From an uncultured Methanosarcinaceae archaeon (GTDB lineage Archaea > Halobacteriota > Methanosarcinia > Methanosarcinales > Methanosarcinaceae), in contig CAWHXP010000005.1 in NCBI GenBank assembly GCA_963833425.1, positions 1 through 64,000 of the forward strand: a DNA stretch of 64,000 bases, read 5' to 3'. The notes under the pieces were generated by a model. The model did not search any database. It was given only the letters and a program-made list of their open reading frames with translations, and was not told where the DNA came from. Both the position numbers and the translations under genes were made by a program. Shown one piece after another: positions 12,722 through 25,700 of the stretch; within the stretch, counting starts at the first letter, position 1; every line of letters starts with the position of its first letter.

Positions 12722-13637
12722 ATGACTACTTCATCTCCCTCCATTCGCTGCCCAGTTTCAGCTTCATCCTTTATTGTCGGGATTTGTGAGCTAGTCGCCT
12801 TTTTCGTCGCATTAATCACGGCCCAGCATATCGTCACTAATGTTAAACCTGACTGCGAAATTGCCTACCTTGGGCTGATGGTGATGATTGTTACGGCCCT
12901 TGGCGTATTTATCCCCGATATCTTGTGGAATAAAGTTCAAACGCGCCTACAGGGCGATGGATCTAGGTCACTTAATCCTTCTTTGGAACGCATACTGACC
13001 AAGAGCGTCGGCCTGGTTGGCAGCCTAGGTTTTGTGGGCTGATCTACTGGCTATTTCCGTTATATAGGGGCTCGTTCTACGATCAGTACTTCATACTGCT
13101 TTCAGTCATCGTCCCTGCTGGGTAGTTGCTGGCGATACCCTATATTTGGTGGGTAGATTCGCGCGTGGAGAAACCTGAGGATGGGCTGTGGTATATGGGA
13201 CGGCTGCTCACGCTGCAATGGCGAGATCTCGATGGGCCACTCATCATCCAACATCTGCTCGGTTGGCTCGTCAAAGGCTTTTTCCTTCCCATGATGTTTA
13301 CTTACTTATGCCAGGATCTGTCACAATTTGTCTATAATGGCATCAGTGACATGCACGAATTTCAAGATTATTACAACTACTTCTATGACTTTCTTTACTT
13401 CATCGATGTCGTATTTGCCGCATCCGGTTATCTTTTTGCTATGCGACTGACCGACACGCATATTCGTTCAACCGAACCCACGGTCTTAGGCTGGTTGGTC
13501 GCCCTTTCTTGTTACGCGTCCTTTAATGCTTTTTAGGTCACCAGTATTTTGCTTACGACTCTGATAAGGCATGGGGGAGCCTTTTCAGAGTTAATTATGT
13601 AGCATACGACGTACTGGGGGTAGCCATTCTGGCTCTG
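12722..13637 (+). pseudogene. Bacterial-type isoprenylcysteine carboxyl methyltransferase-family membrane protein, disrupted and 3'-truncated
   Basis: QHLLGWLVKGFFLPMM and GYLFAMRLTDTHIRSTEPTVLGWLVAL.CY motifs. Several frameshifts and stops. Visibly GC-richer than the flanks. Confidence 0.65.
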
Positions 13638-13983
13638 GGGCGGTAATGGCTCCGGCTCTAGCGGCGGTTCAAGCGGTTCTAGTGGATCATCTGGCCATAG
13701 TGGCTCTGGTGACCATCATAACTATTATGGTGGATCAGGCGACGAAGGTTGGGAAGGCGGCTACGGTTATCCCGTTGGCTATGTCGGCGACTACGGTCTT
13801 GCAGGCTACAGTTCTCCCGTTCTCGGCTATGGCGGCTAATATGGTCTTGAAGGCTACGGTTCCCCAGATATCGGCTATGGCGAAGAATACGGTTTAGGCG
13901 ACAAAGGTTCTCAGGGAGATAAAGGATACAAAAAATCATTAAAAGGCGGCAAAAAGGCGCATAAGGTTCGCAAAGCTTCTTAA
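13628..13983 (+). pseudogene. 3' fragment of a Gly/Ser/Tyr-rich low-complexity protein gene
   Basis: Frame not in the ORF track: GNGSGSSGGSSGSSGSSGHSGSGDHHNYYGGSGDEGWEGGYGY...GYGG*YGLEGYG...KKSLKGGKKAHKVRKAS*. Confidence 0.6.
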
Positions 13984-14010
13984 TTTTAGCTGATGCATAG
14001 TATTTAGCTT

Positions 14011-14091
14011 AAAATCTGTGCATTAATCCCTTTTTCAGCCTAAATTGCAGGATATTTTTTAGTTGAATTTAAGAATTAATGCACAGATTTT
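14011..14091. repeat. 17-bp perfect inverted repeat (REP-like palindromic family)
   Basis: AAAATCTGTGCATTAAT (14011-14027) and ATTAATGCACAGATTTT (14075-14091). Confidence 0.8.
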
Positions 14092-14140
14092 GCCAAAATA
14101 AATGTATTAATTACCTGTTTTCTACAGATACCCTTTTAAG

Positions 14141-14289
14141 GGTTCCGTTGCAAAAATAATTTTACTGCCTTTTTGGGCTATAATTATTGTTTTTTGTATC
14201 TTTATTGATCTATTTAGAGCATATAAATATCCTATTTGTGATGTTTTTCACTGGTTTTGTAAAATAGCCAGATTTTTTGCAACGGAACC
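14141..14289. mobile_element. 149-bp MITE
   Basis: Perfect terminal inverted repeats GGTTCCGTTGCAAAAA / TTTTTGCAACGGAACC, no coding capacity. Related copies at 1-123 and ~60679-60826. Confidence 0.85.
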
Positions 14290-14499
14290 GAAATTAATGA
14301 CCTAAGCTTAAATTCGATGATTAGATAATTAATTAGTGTTGATATCGGACTTTGGTTTCCGAGGATAAACATTTACATATGAGCAGGTATTTTTAAAGAG
14401 CAATTTTGCTGGAACGAATTTTATATCCTCAACTATGTTTAACAAGAGAAAGTCGCCTTGTGAAGGCATTTCACCAAAAAGGCAGCAATGAGGTATTTC

Positions 14500-15979
14500 A
14501 TGAATACTAAACTTGATCCGTGGAATTCAAGCGACATCACTGACTATTCCAAGTTATTCGAAGAATTCGGGATTTCTCCTTTTGAAAACCTGCTTCCAGA
14601 AATTCCTTGCCCGCACAAGTACATGAGTAGGAAAGTTATCTTCGGTCACCGTGATTACGAACAAATTGTAGAAGCAATGCGGACAGGTGCTCCATTTTCG
14701 GTCATGGACGGTTTTATGCCCTCAGGAAAAGTTCACTTGGGACACAAAATGGTTATGGACCAGATAATCTGGCACCAGGAAAGGGGAGCTAGTGCTTTTG
14801 TTGGAATTGCGGACAGGGAAGCATTTTCAGTGCGTGGTTTTTCCTGGCAGAAATGTAGAAAAATAGGGGTAGAAGAATATATATTAAGTCTTATTGCTTT
14901 CGGTTTCAAGCCAGATGGACTGATTTACTTCCAGTCAGGTTGCAATAGCGTTAAGGATTTGGCATTTGAACTCGGGGTCAAGGTTAATTTTTCGGAATTG
15001 GGGGCTATTTATGGTTTTTCAGGAGAAACTAACCTCTCTCACATGTTAAGTGTAACAACCCAGGCTGCAGATATTCTTCAGCCCCAGCTCGAAGAGTTCG
15101 GAGGGACAAAACCAGTTGTAATTCCTGTCGGGCCTGACCAGGATCCTCACATTAGGCTAACTAGAGGACTTGCAGGCAAGATGAATATGTTTAGAGTGGA
15201 AGAACGGGAAGATGCAAAGACAGGTAGAAAATATCTGAGTATCCGTGGAAAGAGTGCATCTAAAGAGGCTTTACAGGAGCTCAATAACTCGTATTCCGTG
15301 TAAAATAAAGCTATATGAAGAGCACTTAGATTTACTCGAGATCCCTGATTTCTCATTGCTAGAAAAATTTGGTTTAGAAATTAGTCAACGAGATAGGCGA
15401 AAGTATTATTTAAATAAAATTGAAGAAGTATCTGTCTTTATTAATGAAATTAGCCCTTATACATTCATTTACTACGAAAAACATTTAGTTCAAAAACAAA
15501 TATCGAAGCTTTTCAGAAGGCTGTTAAACGAAATTGTAAGCGAGGTGGCTACCGAATTTGGGGGCTATGCTTTCATTCCTCCTGCGTCTACCTACCACCT
15601 TTTCATGAGTGGTCTCCAGGGAGGTAAAATGTCTAGCAGCGTCTCAGACAGCTATATAGCTCTCACTGATGATCCCAAGGAAGGGGCAAAAAAAGTGAAG
15701 AAAGCAAAGACTGGAGGCTGTGTAACTCTCGAAGAACAGAAAAAAAAGGGCGGAGATCCTGAGGAATGCTCAGTTTTCGAACTCATGCTCTTTCATCTGC
15801 TTGAAGATGATAAAGAATTGCTGGAGGTCAAGCAGGAATGCATCTCAGGAACGAGGATGTGCGGCCCATGCAAACAGCTTGCAGCGGAAAAAATATATGA
15901 GCTATTAAAGGATCATTGGGAAAAACGGGAACTTGCGCGTGAACACCTCGATGAATATAATATCATATACAAAAACTGA
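14500..15979 (+). CDS. trpS: Tryptophan--tRNA ligase, with a +1 frameshift near 15285
   Basis: HIGH-like [27 protein letters not shown] and KMSSS motifs, split across ORFs 14488-15303 and 15245-15979. Confidence 0.95.
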
Positions 15980-16051
15980 ATATCTTAATTAAATATAATG
16001 CTTGTAATCTCAAAGTTTCAATATTTTTAGACTATAAGAATGTGATCACGA

Positions 16052-17532
16052 ATGAGTTTTCAGGAAAACCTCACAACTAACGAGAAAAAAGTCTTGCTTG
16101 CTCTTGAGGAACTAAGGTCTACAGCACCCGAAAGACTGGAGGAAAAATCAGGGCTTCAGGTAGATGCGGCAATGCAGGCAGCTTTCATGCTTGCAGAAAA
16201 GGGATTTGTTTCAGTTTCCGAAAAGGTGCTTGAAAGTTACTCCCTTACAAAAGAAGGAGAAGAATACACAAAAAATGGGCTTCCAGAGCGCCAGATTATT
16301 GACAGCCCTAAAAGCCCCTACTTCTCTTGAAGAACTAAAAAGCTATTTTTCTCCGCAGATGGTAGGTATTGCAGTCGGATGGGTCGTAAAAAAGGGCTGG
16401 GCAAAAGTTGAAAACGGATTAATGGTGCCATCTGGAAAAGCGGAGGTTGGAAAAGATGAAGAAGCCCTTGCAGCTTTTAAAGGCAAAGTAAAAATTATTG
16501 GAGAATTTGTGGACAATGAAGGAGCAGTAAAAGACCTTCTCAAGCGCAAACTTGTCACAAAGCACGAGGAAAAATTCAGGACTGTTTCCATAACGTCTAC
16601 AGGAAGTGCTCTCGCAGCTCAGGGTATTGTCCTTGAAGAGGAAATTGCCCAGATCACATCTGAATTACTTAAGAGCGGATCTTGGAAAGGAAAAAAATTC
16701 AAGTCCTATCGACTTGATATGACTCCTACTCCCTCTCTACGGGGCTAAGATACACCCTTACAGGCGCCTTATAGAAAAGATGCGCCAGATCTTCCTGGAA
16801 ATGGGCTTCACTGAGATCAAGGGCGAAATCATCCAAAGCTCTTTCTGGAACTTCGATGCCCTTTTCCAGCCCCAGGACCACCCAGCAAGAGACATGCAGG
16901 ATACTTTCCATCTGGATAGTACCTGTCAGCTCCCAGCTGAGTATTCAGAAAAAGTAGCTGCAATGCATGAGTGCGGAGGAGATATTGATTCATGTGGGTG
17001 GGATGGGATCTGGGATAGGGATCTTGCCAGGCGCAATGTGCTGAGGACCCATACAACTGCAGTCACTATAAAGTATCTTGCTGACAATCCAGAACCTCCC
17101 GTAAAGGCCTTCTGCATTGACAGAGCTTACCGCAGGGAAACAATTGACCCTACTCATACTCCTGAATTCGAGCAGCTTGAAGGAGTTGTTATGGATAAAG
17201 AAATGTCCTTTGCAGACTTGCTCGGGCTGCTGACAGAGTTCTACCATAGGATGGGATTCGAGGATGTTCGCTTCCGTCCTGGATATTTCCCGTATACTGA
17301 ACCGAGTGTGGAACCAGAGGTTTATGTAGACGGCCTCGGCTGGGTTGAACTTGGAGGCGCAGGGGTTTTCAGAAAAGAGGTTACTGAACCTTTCAGGATC
17401 AAAGAACCAGTTCTTGCCTGGGGACTAGGGGTCAGCAGACTCGCCATGCTTAAACTCGGGCTTAAAGACCTGAGGCTTCTTTACCAGTCCGATATTGACT
17501 GGCTCAAAAAGAGCGAAATATGCAGAATATAA
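16052..17532 (+). CDS. pheS: Phenylalanine--tRNA ligase alpha subunit, with +1 frameshifts near 16307 and 16732
   Basis: [40 protein letters not shown] and [10 protein letters not shown] motifs. Three consecutive ORFs join on removing one C from each of two C-runs. Confidence 0.96.
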
Positions 17533-18009
17533 ATAACTGAAAGCCAGAAGATTTGAAATACTTGCTACCCGCGTAAAGGCTGAAACCTGCCTGTTGTAGA
17601 TCTAGCAGTTCTTCTCTTATTTTAATCAATCTTATTTAACGTAAAAAGGACATAATTATTCAGCCTAGTAAAAATCAGTTTAATGCTATATATTTCCTGC
17701 AATCGTTCCAACATTCTGCAGGTGCACACAGATGTAAAATTTGTTTACCTATTTGCCAATCATAATTCATTGAAAGTTATGTTAATTTTTAAGTTTTTGT
17801 CATCTTGGAAAAATGGATGATATTCTTGTGTACGTCTGTGGGAATATGAGGATACTTCTGCTTTTTGACTGATGGGAAAATGATAAACTAACAAATAGCT
17901 AACAGTTGCATAAAAGAAGCCATCCAATATTTTGCTCAGCGAATTTTAGTAAAGATCGCTATTGCAATTTGTTTTGTCAGATTGATAGTTACTAAAAAAT
18001 AATTATAAT

Positions 18010-18172
18010 CGATTAAGGATCCAATTTCAGTAGGTTTGTCTCCAACTTACTGGAGACTTTTGTATTCTTCTTTAATCGCAAAATCAGCAAAAATTTTTAT
18101 GAGCATAAGTTAATAGTAAATGAAATTTAAACTTACAAATTCTCAAATGGATAGAGGTTCTCTAACTTCTCT
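18010..18172 (-). mobile_element. IS5-family left-end remnant
   Basis: tcgattaaggatccaatttcag...tctccaac...gcaaaatcagcaaaa is similar to 12230-12330. Confidence 0.55.
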
Positions 18173-18310
18173 GAAATTTAAAAAAATTAACTCCAAAAAT
18201 GTGGCCATTGAATCTTGAAAAATTGTTGTTGGTGTTTTTTATCTTGATTGAATAGTTACAGATAAGGTTTGGTATTTCAAAAAATTGTCTACAAAGAAGT
18301 TTATTGTTTT

Positions 18311-20792
18311 TCAACCCTGGATTTTCTTTTTAAGCTTCTTTGCTTCTTCTGCAACTCTCTTTTTTGAGTACACTTTTGCTATCAGTTCCACAGCATCAAG
18401 GTTACGCACTGCATTGTCAAGATATCCGAAAACATCACCCTGGTATGCGGAAATCCCGTAATTATCTTCAAGTTTTTTTATGATTTGTGCCGGATCCAGT
18501 TCTTCAGTACGCAGCTGGATTATTTTTTCCGAAAATTTCTGTTCTGCGCAACCGCAGTAAGGGGAGTCCTTGCATGTGCATGTTAAAAAGTCCGAAGCAA
18601 AGTTCAACATGAGCTCCCTGATTTTTGTGTCAAGCAGATCGAGAGATTCTCCATCAAAGATTATGTCAAGGGTAGCTCCCTGGAAAATTCTTGAAGGCAT
18701 ATTCACATGCAATGAGTTTCCTATATGTTTTGCATGCTTAAAATATGCAGCATCGAAAAATTCCAGGTTTGTTGCAATCTTTAGAGGATCATTGTCTTCA
18801 AGCACAGAATCCCGAATAAGGAAAGCTTTGGATATAGGTAGAAAATGAGATGCAATAACTTTTCCTAGTTGCGTAAGAGTTATCCGGTTTCCCTTTCTTT
18901 CTAAAAATCGGTAGCTTTGCAGGCGCAAGATCAGTTTATCCAGATCGAAGCTTCCGAACATAAGGCCGTGTATTTTTTTGAGATCCTGGATAGATGAGGT
19001 GACTGCAATAGATGCAAGAACTTCTTCAAGTTGTTCAGCTTCTCCATATTCAACCCCCATGGACAGCATTTCTCCTTGCAGCAACTTAATTGCGATTTCT
19101 TCTTCTGTATCGGGTTGGGAACTTGAATATGATTTTCCTGGCACTGGTATAAGCACAACAATTCCCCTGTCATGGTAATCCGGCCTTCCTGCCCTCCCGC
19201 TCATTTGCAGGAAGTCCTGGACCGAAATCCATTCTATTCCCATTGCTAGTGTATCAAATATAACCTGAGAAGCCGGAAAGTCAACGCCTGCAGCGAGGGC
19301 AGCAGTTGTCACAACTACAGGGAGTTGTCCTTTTGAAAAGAGAGTTTCAACCTTGTTCCTTTCATATTGGGAAAGTCCTGCGTGATAGGGAGCCGCTTGG
19401 ATTGAAAGAGCTCCTGCAAGCCTGTGACAGTTTCTACGTGAATTTGTAAAGACAATCGTCTGTCCCCTGTGATTTTTGGAAGAGAACATCGAATATTCTT
19501 CTTTTGCAAGCTGGGAAATCAACTTTGCTTTTTCAGTCTCCTGGCAGAAAAGTAGATGCCTGTCGATAGGGACCGGTCTGTGTTCATAGAGAACAAGTTG
19601 AGCTCCAAGTTTTTTTGAATATGCTGCAGGGTTCGCAACAGTTGCGGAAAGGTAGATAAATTGAGCTGTGGGTGCCGCATAAAGTAATCTTCCTATTAGC
19701 CCGTCCAGTCTGTGCCCTCTTTCCTGATCTTCGAGCATATGGACTTCATCCACAACTACAGTTCCTATTTTACCCAAAAAATCGGCGTTTCCTGATCGAA
19801 GCATGTGGTCTATACCTTCGTAAGTCCCTACGATTATATCTGCATTCGGACTGGTCTGCATTTTCAAGCGCTTAGATGTCTTTATAAGGGTTGCACCAAT
19901 TTTTATGGAAGTAGTCAGCCCAAGCTTTAAATAACGTTCTTTGAATTGCTCGTATTTCTGATTTGCAAGAGCTACTAGTGGAACCAGATAGATCATCTTT
20001 CCTTTTTTGTCTAAAAGATTTTGTACTCCAGCCATCTCTCCAATTAGGGTTTTCCCGGTTGCAGTTGCTGAGACAACAAATTGGTTTTTTCCTTTCAAAA
20101 GCCCGGCTTCTACAGACAGTGCCTGGACTGGGAGTAGAGTATCTGATTTCTGGTTCAAAATATTCTTGAAATTTTTTTCGAGAGGGAGCTCGTCAACTTT
20201 TAATGTAATAGTTGAAGGAATTGTCCTGATAGTGTCATACTTCGTGAATTCGGGATCTAGCTTTTCAGGGTTCAGCATTCTTATGGTTCTATCCAGATCC
20301 TTTGTTTTAAGGAGAACTTTCTCCAGAAAACTTACTGATTTTTCTCCATACTGTAAATCTGCTGAGCTAACTACTCGCATAAGTTCTTCTTTCGCGCATC
20401 TCCAACATATGAGTTCATTATGGAACTTAATCGACTTGCTATTTGTAAAATTGAAACGTTTATTGATCCAGCAGTGTTTGCAGATTTTAACTCGGTCTGC
20501 TTCGAGTTGAAAACCTTTAAGCATTTCTAGAAAATGAGCCTCATTTGCAGAATTTCCCTCCTTCTGCGAGCATGATTCTATTTGCACTGCGTAAAAGCTC
20601 TACAAACTTCTGTGGGGGGATGAATTCTTCTTTTTTCTTGTCGGTTAGGAGCCTAATTTTGTGAGGTCTCGGTCCTTTATGACTATTATTTACATGGAGT
20701 TCGGCCAAATAAAGTGGTTGTTTCATCCGGTCCTTTATGGCCATTATTATTATTTTCGATTTTTCAGCGTAGACTAGGACCCAGAGAGTCAT
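18311..20792 (-). CDS. Archaeal DEAD/DEAH-box helicase (Ski2-like, DUF5814-type C-terminus), frameshift near 20555
   Basis: SATATGKT, DEVH, LSATV and QMSGRAGRP motifs, C-terminal CTCKDSPYCGC. The N-terminus is in ORF 20541-20792. Confidence 0.9.
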
Positions 20793-21335
20793 TGTTTATC
20801 CTGATATCTGAATGGTATAAGTAAACTTCCGTTTGGATTTTAAAATATGTATTTTGCTGCCGTCTTATTTTTCAGGGAATCTTTTTCTGTTGTTAGAGGT
20901 TATATTTATGACGTCCACTTCAAGTATTATTCACATGCACACTTTTTTATTTTACACTTTTTCGTGTATCTGTCCTTTATTCACTTTTTTCCTGAGAACC
21001 TCATCAATAGAGCGGTGTGATATAAGTGAAAAATTGCTCTAAATAGATCTCAATGTATATATATAATTTTATCTGTATTTATTTGTCCATGCCATATACT
21101 GTACTTTCAATATTCTTTTTATCCCCGGACTGCTTTATTCATGGAAAATTATAGAAATATTTGATAAATCTCTGATTTTCGAGAGTTATTTCTACTCCAT
21201 TTATATGCACATGAAAATATTTGGTCGTGCCAAATTATTTGGTTAATTACGTTTCCAGTAATAATATGAATTCCATTTCTCAGTCTGTAACAAATCAACA
21301 GAGAAACAAATAAACCTTAGAAAGGAGAACATTAA

Positions 21336-22037
21336 ATGAAACTTTTACTGATTGCTGACATCCACGCAAACTATCGACGCTCTCAGGACTATTCTTGAAG
21401 TCCCTCACGATAGGGTCATCTGCCTTGGAGATATTGTGGACTATGGGCCGGAGTCTGACAAATGTATCGATCTATTGCGAGAGAAAGTAATTCCGACAAT
21501 AAGGGGGAACCATGACAATGCAGTCGCTTTTAAGATAGACTGCCAATGTGGATACAATTATAAGTATCTATCAATTGCGACTAGGGAATATACATGGAAA
21601 GTTCTTGATAAATCTAGAATAGAATATCTGCAGAAACTCCCTCTTTGATTAAAGAAATAATCGATGGTAAGAGATTTTATCTGATCCATGGAAGTCCTAG
21701 GTCTGTGTTTGAATATATTAAACCAGAAACCCCGGATGAAGTAATTATAAATATGATCGATGAAGCAATGGAACCTGTAGATGCGGATTTCCTAGTAATC
21801 GGACATTCCCACATTCCCATGTATAGGAAACTCGGAAATCTGACAATTTTAAACACGGGTTCAGTAGGTCAGCCGAGAGACGGAGATCCCAAGTCAAGTT
21901 GTGTATCATTTGATACATAATGCGAAAAAGCTGAATTTCTCCGACTTGATTACGATATCAATGCAGTCTGCACAAAAATCAGGGACAGAATGCCCCATGT
22001 AGATGAACTGATAGGTATTCTCAGACGGGGGTACTGA
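21336..22037 (+). pseudogene. Metallophosphoesterase (YfcE-like), disrupted
   Basis: ADIHAN, LGDIVDYG, RGNHD, HGSP, GHSH and NTGSVGQPRDGD motifs. Two frameshifts and an in-frame TAA at ~21918. Confidence 0.85.
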
Positions 22038-22268
22038 TATTAATAAAATATGTGGCAAATTGGACTCAGGTTTCTCTGATCGCATTTATTGTTATTTCTA
22101 TATGTTCGGGCTTTATATCTAAATGCATGTTTTATACAATTGGATACTGGGCGATTTATATATTTTTTTTAATAGGGAAGTTTACTTTGTAGATTGAAGT
22201 ATTATTCATTTGTATTTTTGTAGTTATTTTTAATCATTAATGTCTAAACAAACTTCAAAAGGCTGAAA

Positions 22269-22529
22269 ATGAAAAAAACGATATATGGTAACGCGAGCAG
22301 AGGGTATGTCCTCGTAACGGCTTTAGGAAGCACCATGCTGGTTATTTTAATCCTAGTGAGTTTCGCAGGTGCATGGCTATTTGCAGATATCTCGAAATCC
22401 GGCAGCAACAATGTCTCTAATTTAAACAAGTCTGATGATGCAATAAGAGCATATGACAATGCAATTGAAATCAGACGTTGGTCCAATAAAATAGATGTTC
22501 TAAATAAATTAAATAAATCCGATTTGTAG
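22269..22529 (+). pseudogene. Short membrane-anchored TPR protein remnant
   Basis: Hydrophobic N-terminal segment followed by a single TPR-like LNKSDDAIRAYDNAIEI. Confidence 0.45.
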
Positions 22530-22741
22530 GTTGAATAGCTATTTAATTCTTATTTATTTTTATTCTTTGAGAGCGGAACATAGTAATTCTTTTGCTCGTT
22601 ACTGTAACATATATTTTAATAAAAACGGTGCATTTAATACACAATAAGGTAAAAATATTCTATAATTTCGGTTGAAAAAGGAGAAAAAATATAGATTTTG
22701 ACACAAAAAAATATACGCAACAACGAAGAAGAAAAAGATTT

Positions 22742-25700
22742 CTATTGTTTTGGATAATTTGAACTTTTTCCTGTGCTTTGATGAAGTTTGAGTGCTTTTT
22801 CGTGATCTCCCATCTGGTGATAGAGTCCAACGAGATTGTTTATGGTTTTTGCAACAGATGGGTGTTGAGGACCCAGGACCTTTTCACGAATCTCAAGTGC
22901 CTTTTGAAAAAGTGGGATTGCTTTTTCGTAATCTCCCATCTGGCGATAGAGTTCGGCTAGATTGTTTATGGTTGTTGCAACAGACGGGTGTTGGGGACCC
23001 ATGACATTTTCATAGATTTCAAGTGCCCTTTGATAAAGTGGGAGTGCTTTTTCGTAATCTTCCCTCTGATGATATAGCAATGCGAGATTATTTTGGGATG
23101 TTGCAACAGACGGGTGTTGGGGACCCATGACATTTTCATAGATTTTAAGTGCTCTTTGAAAAAGTGGGAGTGCTTTTTCACAATCTCCCATCTGACGATA
23201 GAGTTCTGCGAGATTGTTTAAGGTTGTTGCAACATATGGGTTTTGGGGACCCAGGACCTTTTCACGAATGTCAAGTGCCTTTTGATGAAGTTTGAGTGCT
23301 TTTTCATGATTTCCCATACTTTCGTAGAGTTCTGCAAGATTGTTTAGTGTTGTTGCAACAGATGGGTTTTGTGAACCCAGAACCTTTTCACTGATTTCAA
23401 GTGACTTTTGAAAAAGTGGGAGTGCTTTTTCGTAATCTCCCATCTGACGATAGAGTTCAGCTAGATTGTTTAGTGTTGTTGCAACAGATGGGTGTTGTGA
23501 ATCTAGGACCTTTTCGCTGATTTCAAGCGCCCTTTGAAAAAGTGGGAGTGCTTTTTCGTAATCTCCCATCTGACAATAGAGTTCTGCGAGATTGTTTAGT
23601 GTTGTTGCAACAGATGGGTTTTGTGAACCCAGAACCTTTTCGTAGACTTCAAGTGCCCTTTGATACAGTTTGAGTGCTTTTTCGTGATCTCCCATCTGAC
23701 GATAAAGTCCGGCTAGATTGTTTATGGTTGTTGCAACAGACGGGTTTTGGGGACCTTGGACCTTTTCACGAATGTCAAGTGCCCTTTGATACTGTTTGAG
23801 TGCTTTTTCGTGATCTCCCATCTGACGATAAAGTCCGGCTAGATTGTTTAGTATTGTTGCAACAGGTGGATTTTGTGAACCCGGAATTTTTTCATAGACT
23901 TCAAGTGCCCTTTGATACAGTTTGAGTGCTGTTTCGTAATCTCCCATCTGACGATAGATTTCGGCTAGATCGTTTAGTGTTGTTGCAACAGATGGGTTTT
24001 GTGAATCTAGGACCTTTTCACTGATTTCAAGTGCCCTTTGATACAGTTTTAGTGCTTTTTCACAATCTCCCATCTGACGATAAAGTCCGGCGAGATTGTT
24101 TAGGGTAATTGCAACAGATGGATTTTGAGGACCCAGAACCTTTTCACTGATTCCAAGTGCTCTTTGATACAGTTTGAGTGCTTTTTCGTGATCTTCCATC
24201 TGACGATAAAGTCCGGCTAGAATGTTTAGGGTTGTTGCTACATCTTGATGTTCAGCTCCAAGTTTCGCTTCCAAAATTTGCAGTGTTTCTTCATACATAG
24301 GGGCAGTCAATTGCCAAAATGCTGCACTGTTGAACGGATCTGAAGCAGCAATAAACCAATTGAGCAAATCTTTTGTTTCAAGTGTTTTTTTTGCGTGATA
24401 AAAGGCTTCTTTCAGGTATTTTTCGTGTTCTGGAGTGATTGATTTAATATCCATCTTTTTTAGTTTGTTTTCGTAGTACTCAAACATGAATTTATGGACA
24501 TTTTTTCTTTCAACAGGATCTTGATATTCTCTAAGGCTTTTTCTCATCAATTGATGAATTAAATATTTTCCATTGGTATCTGTTTTGATAAATGAAGACT
24601 TGATCAAATCTGAAAAGGCACAAACTTGGAGTCTTGGATCAAACTTTGCCATTAATATCTCGAACAGGTCTCGATCCCAAAAATTAGTTGTTGAGAGCAC
24701 TTCGAGAGTGCGTATTTCATCTTTATCCAGGTATTCCATAAATTTTTTGAAGATCTCTGGTTGTGTTTTTCCGAAGTCTTCCGAAGTTGGCTGTCTATTT
24801 TTGTAGATTTTTATCTTTTCAAAAATATCTACAGATAGGTTTAGGTAGTAAGGAACTCGTTCACTAGCTTCGATTATTATATCGCGGATATCTTTATTTT
24901 CAATACAGCAATCTTCTAAAAATTTGATACAGTCATTCTCTGGAAGCTTTTCGACTTGGTGTTGTTCCAGAAACATTCCCCAGTCTGGATCACATGTATA
25001 TGCCCATAGTAATTCTTCTCTCCCAGAAATTATCCAAGAAACTCCCGGCATGTTTGAGATAAGGTCATCCCTTATCCATTTATCATTTTGATGTAAAGCA
25101 TCTTTATCCTTTAGATCTTCCCAGAGAGCTTCGTAAGTATCGATAAAAATGTATACTTTCGAATTTTCATATAAGTATTCAGAAAAATCAGCGATAAAAA
25201 TAACTGATAGTAATTCTTTGATCAGATTCGGCTCAAATAATTCAACTTTGGAAATGTCAATATGGTGTAGATGAAGCCATCTTCTGAAGCTTTCTGAAGC
25301 TCTGTTTAGTGTTTCCCAAGCTAATATAATTTGTCCAGAGTTCTCAAGAACGTCTATTATCTTTTCTAAAAATCCCCCTTTCTCAATCGAGGAATAATTT
25401 TGTTTTTGGAGTGGAATTTCTGGATGAGCTTTTTTCCAGTATATCGCATGAATAGCATTAAAAAGACAAAATTCTGCATCACATTTTTCCTGGATTTTGT
25501 TCCGTAAAGTTATGAGAAATGCACTTATGTCCCGATAAGTGCTTACGTCGAAATCGATAGAAACCCAAAATATATAGGGATATTCTTCATCCAGTATTTT
25601 TTGAAACTCTTTTTGTAATTTGCTTTTCCCGATTCCAGCGATACCATGGTAATATAAAATATTGTATTTTCGAGTTCCTGAATTCTGGAGATTCTCTTTG

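Noticed and set aside
13120..13536. In-frame TAG codons as pyrrolysine sites in the methyltransferase-like gene
   Set aside because: The gene also has frameshifts and is truncated, so the TAGs are better explained as decay.
13646..13897. 83-aa Ala/Val/Met-rich ORF in the track
   Set aside because: It is an off-frame reading of the Gly/Ser/Tyr-rich gene fragment.
22775..24262. Diversity-generating retroelement acting on the TPR or WD40 repeats
   Set aside because: No reverse transcriptase in the window, no separate template repeat, and differences are not evidently adenine-specific.
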